DNA of 64,000 nt, from NCBI GenBank assembly GCA_965116495.1, contig OZ220696.1, positions 64,001-128,000 of the forward strand, written 5' to 3'. This document shows positions 1-10,070 of this stretch, piece after piece; position 1 is the stretch's first letter, and every line of letters begins with the position of its first letter. The position numbers and the translations under genes are program-made. The notes under the pieces are model-generated. The model was not told where the DNA came from. It made no database searches and worked only from the letters and a program-made list of their open reading frames with translations. The DNA comes from Gammaproteobacteria bacterium (GTDB lineage Bacteria; Pseudomonadota; Gammaproteobacteria; Eutrophobiales; Eutrophobiaceae).

Positions 1-930
1 CTTGATAATATTGGAAGCATCCATCACACCGCCCGAGGCGGCGCCGGCGCCGATAATGGTATGTATTTCATCTATGAACAGAATAGCGCCATCGTAACGC
101 ATGAGTTCGGCAATGACGCCCTTGAGCCGTTTTTCAAAATCTCCGCGATACTTGGTTCCGGCAAGCAGGGCACCCATATCCAGCGAAAAAATTGTGCAAT
201 CCAGCAATACTTCCGGCACCTGGTTATCGACAATCTGTTTGGCAATGCCTTCGGCGATAGCGGTTTTGCCGACTCCGGCTTCGCCGACGAAGAGCGGATT
301 ATTCTTGCGCCGCCGGCACAGGATCTGGATAGTTCGTTGCACCTCGTTTTCGCGACCGATCAGCGGATCAATCTTGCCGAGTTCCGCCTGTTGATTCAAG
401 TTGGTCGTGTAGCTTTCCAGTGGATTGTTGCCGCCTTCATCCTGGCGTGTCTCATCATGGTCGCCGGATGCGGGTGAATCACCGGTTTCGTCCTCCGGAC
501 TTTTTGTGATGCCGTGAGCGATGTAATTCACCACGTCGAGTCTGGCGATGTTTTGCTGGTGCAGGAAAAAAGCGGCATGGGTTTCACGTTCGCCAAAGAT
601 GGCAACCAGGATATTGGCGCCGCTGACTTCTTTTCTGCCGGACGACTGTACATGCTGAACAGCCCGCTGGAATACCCGTTGAAAGCCCAGTGTGGGTTGG
701 GTCTCACGCTCGTCATTGTCGCTGAGACGCGGTGAATTGTCCTCGATAAAACGTGTAAGTTCGCTATGTAATTCCTCCATATCGGCGCCGCAGGCCCGCA
801 ACACCTTGATCGCGGCCGGGTTGTCCAGCAATGCCAGTAATAAATGCTCAACCGTCACAAATTCGTAGCGCTTGTCGCGTGCACTGCGGAACGCGTCATT
901 CAGTGTCTGTTCCAGGTCTTTATCGAGCAT
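1..930 (-). CDS. clpA: ATP-dependent Clp protease ATP-binding subunit ClpA (N-terminal part; runs off the window)
   Basis: Not in the ORF track because it is open at the edge. The reverse strand from ATG at 930 reads MLDKDLEQTLNDAFRSARDKRYEFVTVEHLLLALLDN..., later KNNPLFVGEAGVGKTAIAEG (Walker A). It lies directly downstream of clpS. Confidence 0.95.
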   Translation of the reverse strand, partial: MLDKDLEQTLNDAFRSARDKRYEFVTVEHLLLALLDNPAAIKVLRACGADMEELHSELTRFIEDNSPRLSDNDERETQPTLGFQRVFQRAVQHVQSSGRKEVSGANILVAIFGERETHAAFFLHQQNIARLDVVNYIAHGITKSPEDETGDSPASGDHDETRQDEGGNNPLESYTTNLNQQAELGKIDPLIGRENEVQRTIQILCRRRKNNPLFVGEAGVGKTAIAEGIAKQIVDNQVPEVLLDCTIFSLDMGALLAGTKYRGDFEKRLKGVIAELMRYDGAILFIDEIHTIIGAGAASGGVMDASNIIK

Positions 931-945
931 AACGTTATCCTGTAT

Positions 946-1269
946 TTAGTGGTCTTTCTCCATTGTACATTTCAATGGATGTTCATGTTCCCGTGAGTAA
1001 TGATTTACCTGCACGACCTTGGTCTGGGCAACATCATGGGTAAATACACCACACACTCCCATACCGCGCGTGTGTACTTCCAGCATGATCCGCGTTGCGG
1101 TTTCCCGGTCCAGGCAAAAAAATATTTCCAGGATGTGTACCACAAACTCCATGGGGGTGTAGTCATCATTAAGCAGGATGACCTTGTACAGGGGCGGTCG
1201 TTTTAACTTGGGCTTGGCCTCCAGTAACGCCAGGTCTTCGTTATAACGCTCGTCAGTTTTCTCGGACAT
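946..1269 (-). CDS. clpS: Clp protease adaptor ClpS
   Basis: [20 protein letters not shown]...[10 protein letters not shown] signature; precedes clpA. Confidence 0.97.
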   Translation of the reverse strand: MSEKTDERYNEDLALLEAKPKLKRPPLYKVILLNDDYTPMEFVVHILEIFFCLDRETATRIMLEVHTRGMGVCGVFTHDVAQTKVVQVNHYSREHEHPLKCTMEKDH

Positions 1270-1425
1270 TGCGGTCCCGTATCGTGTGTTTTGTTAATGA
1301 TAGCGTAACAGGTTGTGACTGCCAATATTGCAGTTTCAATATCGCTACTGGGTGGTCGTAACGGATTTGCAGGCAACGCAGCGGCAGTGTAGACTGGCCA
1401 TTTTCGTTTCGTTAAGGAGAATTGA

Positions 1426-2715
1426 ATGAACAATGCAATAAAGCAGATTGAGCGGGACTGGGTAGAGAACCCTCGTTGGAAAAATGTCAGGCGGGACTAT
1501 GGCGCCGCTGACGTGGTGAAATTGAGAGGTTCCGTACAGGTCGAGCATACACTGGCAAAACGCGGCGCGGAGAAGTTATGGGACCTGGTGAACAACGAGG
1601 ATTATATAAACAGTCTGGGCGCGGTAACCGGCGGTCAGGCCGTACAGCAGGTCAAGGCCGGCGTAAAAGCTATCTACCTGTCGGGTTGGCAAGTGGCGGC
1701 CGACGGCAATACTTCAGAGACGATGTATCCTGATCAATCACTTTATGCAGTCGATTCAGTCCCCACCGTGGTTCGACGCATCAATAATGCCTTCAAGCGG
1801 GCTGATGAAATCCAATGCGCCAGGGGTGCAGGGAACGTGGATTACTTTGCGCCTGTAGTTGCCGATGCCGAAGCCGGGTTCGGCGGGGTCCTGAATGCGT
1901 TTGAATTGATGAAGGGCATGATTGAAGCAGGAGCCGCCGGCGTACATTTTGAGGACCAGCTTGCCTCCGTCAAGAAATGCGGGCACATGGGAGGAAAAGT
2001 ACTGGTGCCCACCCAGGAAGCTGTCCAGAAATTGGTGGCGGCAAGATTGGCGGCGGACATAATGGGCGTACCGACCATTGTCCTGGCCAGGACAGACGCC
2101 AATGCCGCGGCGCTGCTGACCTCCGATGTGGATGAAAGAGACCATCCGTTCATCACCGGCAAGCGGACCGCAGAAGGATTTTATGTCACCAGCGCCGGGT
2201 TGGGCCAGGCGATTGCCCGTGGCCTGGCCTACGCGCCGTACTCGGATCTACTCTGGTGTGAAACAGCGGTGCCGGACCTGGACGAAGCCAGACGTTTTGC
2301 CGAGGCAATCCACAACGAATATCCGGACCAACTGCTGGCCTATAACTGCTCGCCGTCTTTCAACTGGAAAAAGAACCTGGATGATATCACCATAGCCAAA
2401 TTTCAACGTGAGCTGGGGGCGATGGGTTATAAGTACCAGTTCATTACCCTGGCGGGTATCCATAACATGTGGTACCACATGTTTGATCTGGCCCATAATT
2501 ATGTAAACAGGGGCATGACCGCCTATGTCGAGATGATACAGGAACCGGAATTTGCTGCGGCGAAAAAGGGCTATACGTTCGCCTCGCACCAGCAGGAAGT
2601 GGGCGCCGGCTATTTCGATGAAGTGACTAATGTTATACAGGGTGGCCGCTCATCGGTAACGGCGTTGACGGGCTCCACGGAAGAGGAACAGTTTGATAAG
2701 GCGGCCAGTAACTGA
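1426..2715 (+). CDS. aceA: Isocitrate lyase
   Basis: KKCGHMGGK catalytic motif, [20 protein letters not shown]; AAGGAG RBS upstream. Confidence 0.98.
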   Translation: MNNAIKQIERDWVENPRWKNVRRDYGAADVVKLRGSVQVEHTLAKRGAEKLWDLVNNEDYINSLGAVTGGQAVQQVKAGVKAIYLSGWQVAADGNTSETMYPDQSLYAVDSVPTVVRRINNAFKRADEIQCARGAGNVDYFAPVVADAEAGFGGVLNAFELMKGMIEAGAAGVHFEDQLASVKKCGHMGGKVLVPTQEAVQKLVAARLAADIMGVPTIVLARTDANAAALLTSDVDERDHPFITGKRTAEGFYVTSAGLGQAIARGLAYAPYSDLLWCETAVPDLDEARRFAEAIHNEYPDQLLAYNCSPSFNWKKNLDDITIAKFQRELGAMGYKYQFITLAGIHNMWYHMFDLAHNYVNRGMTAYVEMIQEPEFAAAKKGYTFASHQQEVGAGYFDEVTNVIQGGRSSVTALTGSTEEEQFDKAASN

Positions 2716-2784
2716 GGAGAGAACAAAAAGAACCGGGAAGGCGGGGGCGCCGAAACCCGCCCCTGCGCATCCCCGGGCAGTCTC

Positions 2785-3435
2785 ATGAGTTTCACAACAT
2801 TGTTCCTGCAGCGTCTGGCAGAGCTTAAGGAACGGAAACCGCAAACCTTCCCCGCACACCTGCTTCCCGGCAAATTCTCCAGTGCCGCCGTTTTATTGCT
2901 GTTCTGGCCGGGTCCGGATGATGCCGTTGAAGTGGTTTTCACCAAACGTACTGAGACTGTTTCCAGTCATCGCGGCCAGGTGTCCTTCCCCGGCGGCGTA
3001 TTTCATGCCGGTGATGAGGACATGGCTGCTACCGCGTTACGGGAGACACAGGAAGAACTCGGAATTGATCCCGGCGCCGTCACCATAATGGGCCGTCTGG
3101 ATGACGCCTACAGTATCGCCGGCCATCACGTGATCCCTTACGTGGGTTGGGCCGACAGGATGCCTGAGATTACCGCAAATGCCGGTGAAGTGGCAGAGGT
3201 GATCATTGCCGACGTCCGGTTGCTGTTACTCCCTGAAGTGAATACCTCGCATACCGTTGACTTACCCGGCAAACCACGGACGACCCATGCCTTTGACTGG
3301 GACGGCGGTTACGTCTGGGGTCTTACCGCCGATTTGCTGCTGGAATTTCTTATCTGGCTCAAACAGGAATCCTCCGACCGCTTCCAGTTGCGCCTGCAAA
3401 AAATGAGCGACCTGACCGGGTATAAGGCGGGTTAG
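2785..3435 (+). CDS. Nudix CoA pyrophosphatase (NudL/PCD1-like)
   Basis: HRGQVSFPGG followed by Nudix box ALRETQEELG, and VWGLTA. Confidence 0.88.
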   Translation: MSFTTLFLQRLAELKERKPQTFPAHLLPGKFSSAAVLLLFWPGPDDAVEVVFTKRTETVSSHRGQVSFPGGVFHAGDEDMAATALRETQEELGIDPGAVTIMGRLDDAYSIAGHHVIPYVGWADRMPEITANAGEVAEVIIADVRLLLLPEVNTSHTVDLPGKPRTTHAFDWDGGYVWGLTADLLLEFLIWLKQESSDRFQLRLQKMSDLTGYKAG

Positions 3436-3479
3436 CCAGTGCCTGGCATCGCTGGAATCCCGGAGCAGGCCGGATTTCC

Positions 3480-4607
3480 CTAATACCTGATCATCAGGCG
3501 CGTCAGGATTGCCTCGTACAGGGCCGACAGCATTTCCAGGTCGGCGCTGCGCACGCATTCGTTGACCTTATGAATGGTGGCGTTTACCGGCCCCAGTTCC
3601 ACCACCTCGGCGCCGGTTGGAGCAATGAAGCGCCCGTCGGAAGTGCCACCGTCCGTGGAAATCTCCGGCTTGATGCCGCAGATGTCCGCAACCGCGCCTT
3701 GAACCGCGTCCAGTAGTTTCCCTGATTGCGTCAGGAAGGGCTGGCTGCAGGGCCGCCACAGGATGTCGTATTCCAGTCCGTGTTTTTGCAGCAGGCCCTC
3801 AATAGCATCCTTGAGTTTCTGTTCGGTCCATTCGGTGGAAAAGCGCAGGTTGAAACTGACTTCCACGGAGGCCGGTATCACGTTTTCTGCGCCGGTACCG
3901 GCATGGATATTGGAGACCTGAAAGCTGCTGGGGGGATAATGGACGTTGCCATTATCCCATACCCGCTGACTCAACTCCACCAGGGCCGGGCCGACCAGGT
4001 GCACGGGATTTTTTGCCAGTGCGGGGTAGGCCGTATGTCCCTGTATGCCGGAGACGGTCAGCACGCCGGACAGTGAGCCGCGCCGCCCGTTCTTGATTAC
4101 ATCTCCGAGTGTTTCACGGCTGCAGGGTTCGCCTACCAGGCACCAGTCAAGCCTGATGTTGTTCCGCTCCAGGTATTCCACAACTTTCACTGTGCCGTTT
4201 ACTGCGATACCCTCTTCATCGCTGGTCAATAACAGGCAGATAGTCCCGTCATGCAGGGGATTTGCTGCGACGAAACGCTCCAGCGCGGTCACCATGGCGG
4301 CGATGCTGCCTTTCATGTCGGCCGCGCCGCGACCGTACAGGTAGCCGTTCCGTTCCCGGGGTTCAAACGGTGCTGAATCCCAGTCTGATTCAGACCCTGC
4401 CGGCACCACGTCGGTGTGGCCCAGGAAAGTGAAGCAGGGCGCCCCCCGGCCGTGAGTGGCCCACAGGTTGGTCACGTCCGCGCAGGGCATGTGGGTGATG
4501 TTGAACCCGCATTTTTTCAGGCGTTCAGCAATCACCGACTGGCAGCCGGCATCGTCGGGCGTTACCGAGCGCCTGGAAATGAGTTCCCTGGTCAATGCAA
4601 GTGTCAT
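3480..4607 (-). CDS. dapE: Succinyl-diaminopimelate desuccinylase
   Basis: GHTDVVP, GRGAADMKG, SDEEG, NGRRGSL, GGTSDGRF, TIHKVNE. Confidence 0.96.
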   Translation of the reverse strand: MTLALTRELISRRSVTPDDAGCQSVIAERLKKCGFNITHMPCADVTNLWATHGRGAPCFTFLGHTDVVPAGSESDWDSAPFEPRERNGYLYGRGAADMKGSIAAMVTALERFVAANPLHDGTICLLLTSDEEGIAVNGTVKVVEYLERNNIRLDWCLVGEPCSRETLGDVIKNGRRGSLSGVLTVSGIQGHTAYPALAKNPVHLVGPALVELSQRVWDNGNVHYPPSSFQVSNIHAGTGAENVIPASVEVSFNLRFSTEWTEQKLKDAIEGLLQKHGLEYDILWRPCSQPFLTQSGKLLDAVQGAVADICGIKPEISTDGGTSDGRFIAPTGAEVVELGPVNATIHKVNECVRSADLEMLSALYEAILTRLMIRY

Positions 4608-4686
4608 GGGATATTACCTGACGACAATGGACGTGATGGCGCTATCGTACCACCTTGTGTGTGTGTTTAGCCGGGATTTTCCCGCG

Positions 4687-5253
4687 TTAGCCTGCAGAGG
4701 AGAAGGCGCCACTATCCTGTATGATACCTTCGTACAGTTTTTCAAATTGTGTATGGACTACCTCGCCGAATAACGGGTCCTCAACCTGGGAAATATTATC
4801 ATTTATCATTTTCCATTCCGTGTCCTCCAATGTGCCTCTCGCTTTTGGGAAAATGACGCCTTCCTCCATGTCCATATGTTTCCATAACAGGTTGATGTAC
4901 GCCCTGGCATTGTCCAGTATCACGTCCATGGGTATAATCGCTCCGTTGATTACACCGTTCAGAGCGTCTTTCAAAGCCAGCCCGGTGACGGCCAGTTGTT
5001 TGTGCTCGTTATTCAGTTCGCGGACCTGGGGGGAACTGTCCGGATCAAGTGCTCTCAGCACATCAAAGATGAGTTCCTCATGGGGATGATGAAAAGTATC
5101 AGGAAAACTGACCATGTAGTTCGCGATGTCGTACATGCGCACGAAATCGGCTTCTTCTCCCTGTTCCAGCTTGTCTGCTTCCGCGCTCAACAAGCCCAGT
5201 AGAACTGCATAATTCTTGTGTTCTTCATGGAGGGTTTCGAGTAAGGTAGCCAT
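4687..5253 (-). CDS. Hemerythrin-like (HHE) cation-binding domain protein
   Basis: EEH...HHPHEE...EH...HMDMEE His/Glu pattern; DPLFG C-terminal motif. Confidence 0.85.
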   Translation of the reverse strand: MATLLETLHEEHKNYAVLLGLLSAEADKLEQGEEADFVRMYDIANYMVSFPDTFHHPHEELIFDVLRALDPDSSPQVRELNNEHKQLAVTGLALKDALNGVINGAIIPMDVILDNARAYINLLWKHMDMEEGVIFPKARGTLEDTEWKMINDNISQVEDPLFGEVVHTQFEKLYEGIIQDSGAFSSAG

Positions 5254-5433
5254 GGCTAAAATTATCCCGGATTAGTTGATATTATAGCAGTTCATGGCCA
5301 GGCGTACATTGGAATGTGATAATGATAAAAGGCCATAATTAATATCTGTCATAACATGCAAGCCCTGCATGCAGGAGGTGCAAGGACCAGGGCGTGGTTA
5401 CAACAATAACGATAACTGATTGGAATACTTGTT

Positions 5434-6720
5434 ATGCATGACCTGCAACAACTGGCGTTAATCTGGGCCAGTGTATTTATCGCTTCCTGGCTGGCGGCCA
5501 GGACCAAGCTTACGCCGGTGCTGTACTTCCTCGCCGCGGGTTGCATCCTGGTAAACCTGGGCTGGTTGCCCACCCACGCTACGCCTTTCATCAGCGGGAT
5601 TTCAGAGGTGGGCATTATCCTGATCATGTTCGCCCTGGGGTTTGAAGCAAACCCGGGTCATTTTGTCCAAAGCGCCAAACGCAGCTGGGGGATTGCCCTG
5701 TTCGGCGCGCTGGCCCCGTTTATTGCCGCCTGGTCCTGTGCGCAATATTTCTGGGGGGATGACAAGATCGCCCTGTTGTGCGGCCTGACCATGACTGCGA
5801 CGGCCGTATCACTGACCATGGTCTCATTGAAAAGTGAAGGGCTGCATTTATCCGGCGCAGCCAACGGCATCATGACATCGGCAATAATAGATGATGTAGC
5901 CTCCCTGGTCCTGGTTGCCATTCTGATCCCCATAGCTACGGGGTCAGGGGACCTGTCCGTCACCGGGATAGGGATGATTCTGCTCAGAGCGCTGTTTTTC
6001 TTTGTCCTTATAGTCATTATTGCAGCCTGGATCATGCCCCACAATGCCGAGAGGGGATTGCTGGCCCGCTACCCCGTCCTGCGCCGCTTCGGCATGGTTA
6101 ACCTGCTTTCCATAGATAACGGCAGCAAGGCCACCCTGGGGATTTTACTGGTCGCCATCTCGATCAGCCTGCTTGCTCATCACCTGGGACTGCATCCGGC
6201 CATCGGCGCCTACATGGCGGGCCTGATCATCAAGGAGGAATATTTTCATTTCGGAAAAGGAGAGAACCGGGAAACCCTGTACCAGGACACCCGTAAAATT
6301 GTCGATGATGTTGCTTTCTCATGGATTGGCCCTATCTTTTTCGTTAACCTGGGCACTGAACTCGTGTTTGACGCGGGGATCTTCATTTCCGTCCTTGATG
6401 AGGCCCTGATCGTGCTTGGTAGCGTGTTTTTTGCCCAGGTGATATCAGCCTCTGCCGCGGCGCGTTACACCGGCAGTTTTAACTGGCAGGATTCCGTAAT
6501 GATAGGGTTTGGCATGCTGGGGCGGGCGGAACTGGCGTTCGTAGTCATGAATATCGCATACATACAGCACGGTCTCTTCACCGAGGAAGTATTTTATACT
6601 CTCATGATTACAATTTTCTGGTTAAACGTTGCCGTCCCCGTCACTATCAGGTTCTGGCGCCCATATTATGCGGGGGAAAAACCGCTACCCGCGATCTTGA
6701 GAATCAGGAACTTAGAATGA
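5434..6720 (+). CDS. Cation:proton antiporter (CPA2/NapA-like)
   Basis: Multiple hydrophobic TM segments; TATAVSLT, IIDD and GMLGRAE motifs. Confidence 0.88.
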   Translation: MHDLQQLALIWASVFIASWLAARTKLTPVLYFLAAGCILVNLGWLPTHATPFISGISEVGIILIMFALGFEANPGHFVQSAKRSWGIALFGALAPFIAAWSCAQYFWGDDKIALLCGLTMTATAVSLTMVSLKSEGLHLSGAANGIMTSAIIDDVASLVLVAILIPIATGSGDLSVTGIGMILLRALFFFVLIVIIAAWIMPHNAERGLLARYPVLRRFGMVNLLSIDNGSKATLGILLVAISISLLAHHLGLHPAIGAYMAGLIIKEEYFHFGKGENRETLYQDTRKIVDDVAFSWIGPIFFVNLGTELVFDAGIFISVLDEALIVLGSVFFAQVISASAAARYTGSFNWQDSVMIGFGMLGRAELAFVVMNIAYIQHGLFTEEVFYTLMITIFWLNVAVPVTIRFWRPYYAGEKPLPAILRIRNLE

Positions 6721-6844
6721 TGGACCATGATGCGGCATTATTTATGTCGCTGTGTATAATTCCTAACCTGGCCAAGCCAGAACCAAACAGGATTCTTGAT
6801 CATTTTTCACAGGATTTTACTCGTAAGAGACTAATTCTTAATTG

Positions 6845-7012
6845 AAAGGTTGTTCGGGGAAATGACCTCCTGCCAGAACCCCGAACGGGTCAACCGCGTG
6901 GTGGTTTCGGCTAAGGGAGATGTCCCTCCACCACCACTACCAGTACTCCCTGTACTGATTTAGTCCATCAAGTTGAAATGTTTACGTAACAAGCTCCATC
7001 TTGTGGACAGGC
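6845..7012 (-). ncRNA. Putative CsrA/RsmA-titrating small RNA (CsrB/RsmY/RsmZ-like)
   Basis: The minus strand has consecutive hairpins with GGA in the loops: ACAAG-ATGGAG-CTTGT, TGAT-GGACTAA-ATCA, CAGTAC-AGGGA-GTACTG, GGAG-GGACAT-CTCC, TGGC-AGGAG-GTCA. The last sits inside a long terminal hairpin (6848-6895) followed by TTTC. A matching promoter lies upstream. Ends are inferred. Confidence 0.55.
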
Positions 7013-7018
7013 ATGGAA

Positions 7019-7064
7019 AGTCTACCTGGAAGGGAAGATGTTTGATGTGGGAAAAGTCACATTT
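7019..7064 (-). promoter_or_regulatory. CRP-type box plus -10 hexamer (class II CRP-dependent promoter geometry)
   Basis: TGTGG-GAAAAG-TCACA at 7046-7061 is one mismatch from TGTGA-N6-TCACA and is followed by TTT. The minus-strand -10 TAGACT is at 7024-7019. The box centre is 41.5 bp from a start at about 7012. Confidence 0.6.
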
Positions 7065-7108
7065 TGTTAAAAAAACAATAAAAATGTTACAGGCAGGCTG
7101 CAGGATGA

Positions 7109-7828
7109 CTATTTTTTATAAGTTCCTATCGTATCCTGGATCATGTTTTCAAGTTTTACCACGTCGTTTATTCGCAGCCAGTTTTTCCCTTTATAGATCA
7201 CGCCGGATGATGCGAGCTGCGTCAACTCCCGTGTGATAGCTTCCCGGTGCGTACTGATCCGGCTTGCGAGCTCAATATGCCTGGGCGCCGGTGATATTGT
7301 CGCGGTATTGGAATTATCCATATTCTGCAGGGCTAAACGGAGTAGTTCAGCATGGAGTCTGTTTCTTACGTCCAGGGAACTGAATTCAACCACACGTTCC
7401 GATAATAACCTGATCAGTTGGGCAAAGCGCGCCAGTGTACGGGTCATGATCGAAGGATAAAGCTGCATAAGCCAAAGAAAATTCTGCGCGGACATGGTCG
7501 CGAGAATGGTCTCTGACAAGGTTAAAACATAAGCGGACCGGGATTTGTTGTCCACGGCAGCGATTTCCCCGAACATTTCCCCCGCTACCTGGTCACGAAA
7601 AGAGATTTCCTTTCCTGAAGCGGAATAGATGGCCACTCTTACCTTACCGCTGATGATAAAATGAACATCGCTGTCAATATCGTTATGGGACGTGACGATA
7701 TCTCCCGCAGCAAATTTTTTTCCGTGGCATTTATCGGCAACCACCTTGCGATCGTTAAAGGAAAGGTCATAAAACAATTCTACTGCGGTCAGTGAGCCCG
7801 CCGTTATCTCAATGGATGCGTTTGTCAT
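7109..7828 (-). CDS. Crp/Fnr-family cNMP-binding transcriptional regulator
   Basis: cNMP cassette FGEIA...RSA; C-terminal HTH with recognition helix THREAITR (R-E-x3-R as in CRP). Confidence 0.92.
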   Translation of the reverse strand: MTNASIEITAGSLTAVELFYDLSFNDRKVVADKCHGKKFAAGDIVTSHNDIDSDVHFIISGKVRVAIYSASGKEISFRDQVAGEMFGEIAAVDNKSRSAYVLTLSETILATMSAQNFLWLMQLYPSIMTRTLARFAQLIRLLSERVVEFSSLDVRNRLHAELLRLALQNMDNSNTATISPAPRHIELASRISTHREAITRELTQLASSGVIYKGKNWLRINDVVKLENMIQDTIGTYKK

Positions 7829-7913
7829 TTTTTCACCATATTCAAATTATTCCGTTAATCGTATCTTGCGTCGGGCTGGTTTTTTCCGTCTCCTGTACTG
7901 TCCCCACTATGGT

Positions 7914-9830
7914 TCAATGATTTTTCGGGTTTCCGGCCAGGGAGTAATGATGGTCAAGCAATTCCGGATGAAGTCTGACTTGCTCGGGAAAGTCTTCTTC
8001 CAGTACCCAGATAATCCGCTTGTGCAAATGTTGTCGTACGCGTTTCAATATGCTTTGATACGCCACCTCGCGCATCAATACCCACTTGAACGTGTAACAG
8101 GCGTCTTCCGTATCTCCTGTTTTTACCAGTAACCCGGACCTGCACAGGGTGTTCAATGCATAATCGAGCTTATCCCGGTTTTGTGTCCAGATCTTTGTGA
8201 TCAGGCGATAGCTGAATTCCTGCCCCAGGGCAGCAGCAATCTGTGCCACTTCACGGGAGATTGAGTGCTGGTCGAGTCGCGCCATCAAAACAGCATGCAC
8301 TTTTTTGGGTATTTCTAAATCTGCAGGGACTGGCTGTAAATTCCCGGTTCCGGCCGGCTGTGTCTGTAAAGCTGTCCTGGTTAATTCTTCCAGGAAGAAA
8401 GGGATGCCGTCGCCCCCGGCAATAATCCGGGAGATAAGTTGTGTGGAAATTCGTTTCTCTCCGACTACCTGGCGAATGAACAATTCTGCGGCAGACCGTT
8501 TAAGTGGGCGCAAGGAAATTCTTTCCACATGGTCGTGTTCAAACCATTGTGGCGGCGGTCTGAAATGAATCCGGTGCGATATTGCCAGCAGCACCGGTTT
8601 CCCCCTTATTTTCGGTATCAGCTTGTCGAGCAACCCCAGCGACACCGGATCCATCCAGTGCGCGTCTTCCAGAATAATCAAATGGGGTTTCGCTTCAACC
8701 GGCTTTGCTGCCGGATTTTTTTCCGCAACGGACTCCGTACGGGCTGGCTCGACTGAAGCCTGGATTTGCTCGAGACAAGAGTACAGGTTGTCCTTGTTTT
8801 GTAGCGGTGAGCAGCGGAAAATGAACTGGTCTGATTTTTCCAGGGAGACATATGTGCGCAGTGTCTCCAGCAGGTTTGATTTTCCTATACCCGTCTCACC
8901 GCAGACCAGCACTACCCGGCCATTCCGGTGCCGGGCCAGCTTCCATTGCCCGATGACACGTTTGAATTCCTTGTTTCTGCCTACCAGTCCCGCCGGGTTG
9001 ATTTGCCCGGTGGTATGCAGGCGCTGTTCCATATCGGCGCTATTAACTACCTGCCACAGCATCTGTCGTTTGCTGAATCCTGCTAATGCATGTACCCCGA
9101 TATTCGCCAGCCTGAACCGGTTTTGTATGATATTGCGGGTTTCGGTGCTTACGATTACCGTATCGGGTTGCGCCAGTGTCTGTAATCTTGCGGCCAGGTT
9201 GGGAGCCTCTCCGATTACGGTTTCCTGCGGCTCGGCGCCGGCCCCTATTGGGTTGCCCACCACGACTAGCCCTGATGCAATCCCTATGCGGATGGAAATC
9301 CTGTTCCCGTTCCCGTCCCCCAGTCGGGTTTCCCCGGATTTAATCGAGGCGAGCAAATCCAGGGCCGCGGATACAGCACGCTCCGCATCGTCTTCATGGG
9401 TCTGGGGATAACCGAAATAACTCATAACGCCATCACCCATATTGCACGCGACGAAGCCGTCGTATTTGTTAATTATTGCAATGCAGAGGTTCCTGTAGTT
9501 CTGGATAACCTGTAACAGTTCCTCGGGGTCCAGTCTTGTGGCCAGACCGGTGGAATTAACCAGGTCACAGAACATGATGGTGAGATAGCGGCGTTCAACC
9601 CGGTTGATGGGATCAATATTTTCAACCGGCCCGTCATCGATAATCCGGCTGTAACAGGCATCTTCTTCCCGTATTGTTCCGGGTAACGGGTACCGACAGT
9701 TAGTGCAAAACCGGGATGCCGGTTCCCTGCCCGCATCGCAGCAACCACATTGCAATACCAGTGACGCCCCGAACCAGGAGCAAAAGTATCGCTGTTTAAG
9801 GCTTTCGCGATGGCAAGGAATATATTCCAT
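7914..9830 (-). CDS. Class III adenylate/guanylate cyclase with N-terminal zinc ribbon and AAA/STAND-type ATPase domain (short form, no TPR tail)
   Basis: CxxC...FCxxC; MFCDLVNST, GDG, GEAPNLAARLQ; Walker A GETGIGKS, LEDAHW, GIPFFLEEL. The exact start is uncertain. Confidence 0.88.
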   Translation of the reverse strand: MEYIPCHRESLKQRYFCSWFGASLVLQCGCCDAGREPASRFCTNCRYPLPGTIREEDACYSRIIDDGPVENIDPINRVERRYLTIMFCDLVNSTGLATRLDPEELLQVIQNYRNLCIAIINKYDGFVACNMGDGVMSYFGYPQTHEDDAERAVSAALDLLASIKSGETRLGDGNGNRISIRIGIASGLVVVGNPIGAGAEPQETVIGEAPNLAARLQTLAQPDTVIVSTETRNIIQNRFRLANIGVHALAGFSKRQMLWQVVNSADMEQRLHTTGQINPAGLVGRNKEFKRVIGQWKLARHRNGRVVLVCGETGIGKSNLLETLRTYVSLEKSDQFIFRCSPLQNKDNLYSCLEQIQASVEPARTESVAEKNPAAKPVEAKPHLIILEDAHWMDPVSLGLLDKLIPKIRGKPVLLAISHRIHFRPPPQWFEHDHVERISLRPLKRSAAELFIRQVVGEKRISTQLISRIIAGGDGIPFFLEELTRTALQTQPAGTGNLQPVPADLEIPKKVHAVLMARLDQHSISREVAQIAAALGQEFSYRLITKIWTQNRDKLDYALNTLCRSGLLVKTGDTEDACYTFKWVLMREVAYQSILKRVRQHLHKRIIWVLEEDFPEQVRLHPELLDHHYSLAGNPKNH

Positions 9831-10070
9831 TACAGCTAGAACATGGAGAGAATTAGTGACGGAAAAGCAGGGGAGCGGTCAAAAATGACGCAAGGCATTC
9901 CATCGCTGTCCCAATCCATTAAAGTCCGGGTGAGGCCTTTCCTTCTGCAGGTTTACTTCCAAAACCATCCACTGCAATACCGCTTGTGGTTTACAATATG
10001 TCCAGCTTAAACCAGATAACAACTACTGTCAATTCCCGTATCCTGTCCCTGGCCTCCGGTTCTTTCCAGC

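Noticed and set aside
5315-5340. GATAATGATAA, a possible Fur box between the hemerythrin and antiporter genes
   Set aside because: Only one half matches the 19-bp consensus, which is not enough to call.
6973-7236. 87-aa plus-strand ORF, and a 10-codon minus-strand ORF (MPVHKMELVT) near the putative sRNA start
   Set aside because: The first overlaps the crp-like gene antisense and has no recognisable motifs. The second lacks an RBS and starts at or before the inferred TSS. A non-coding reading fits better, though a micropeptide is not excluded.
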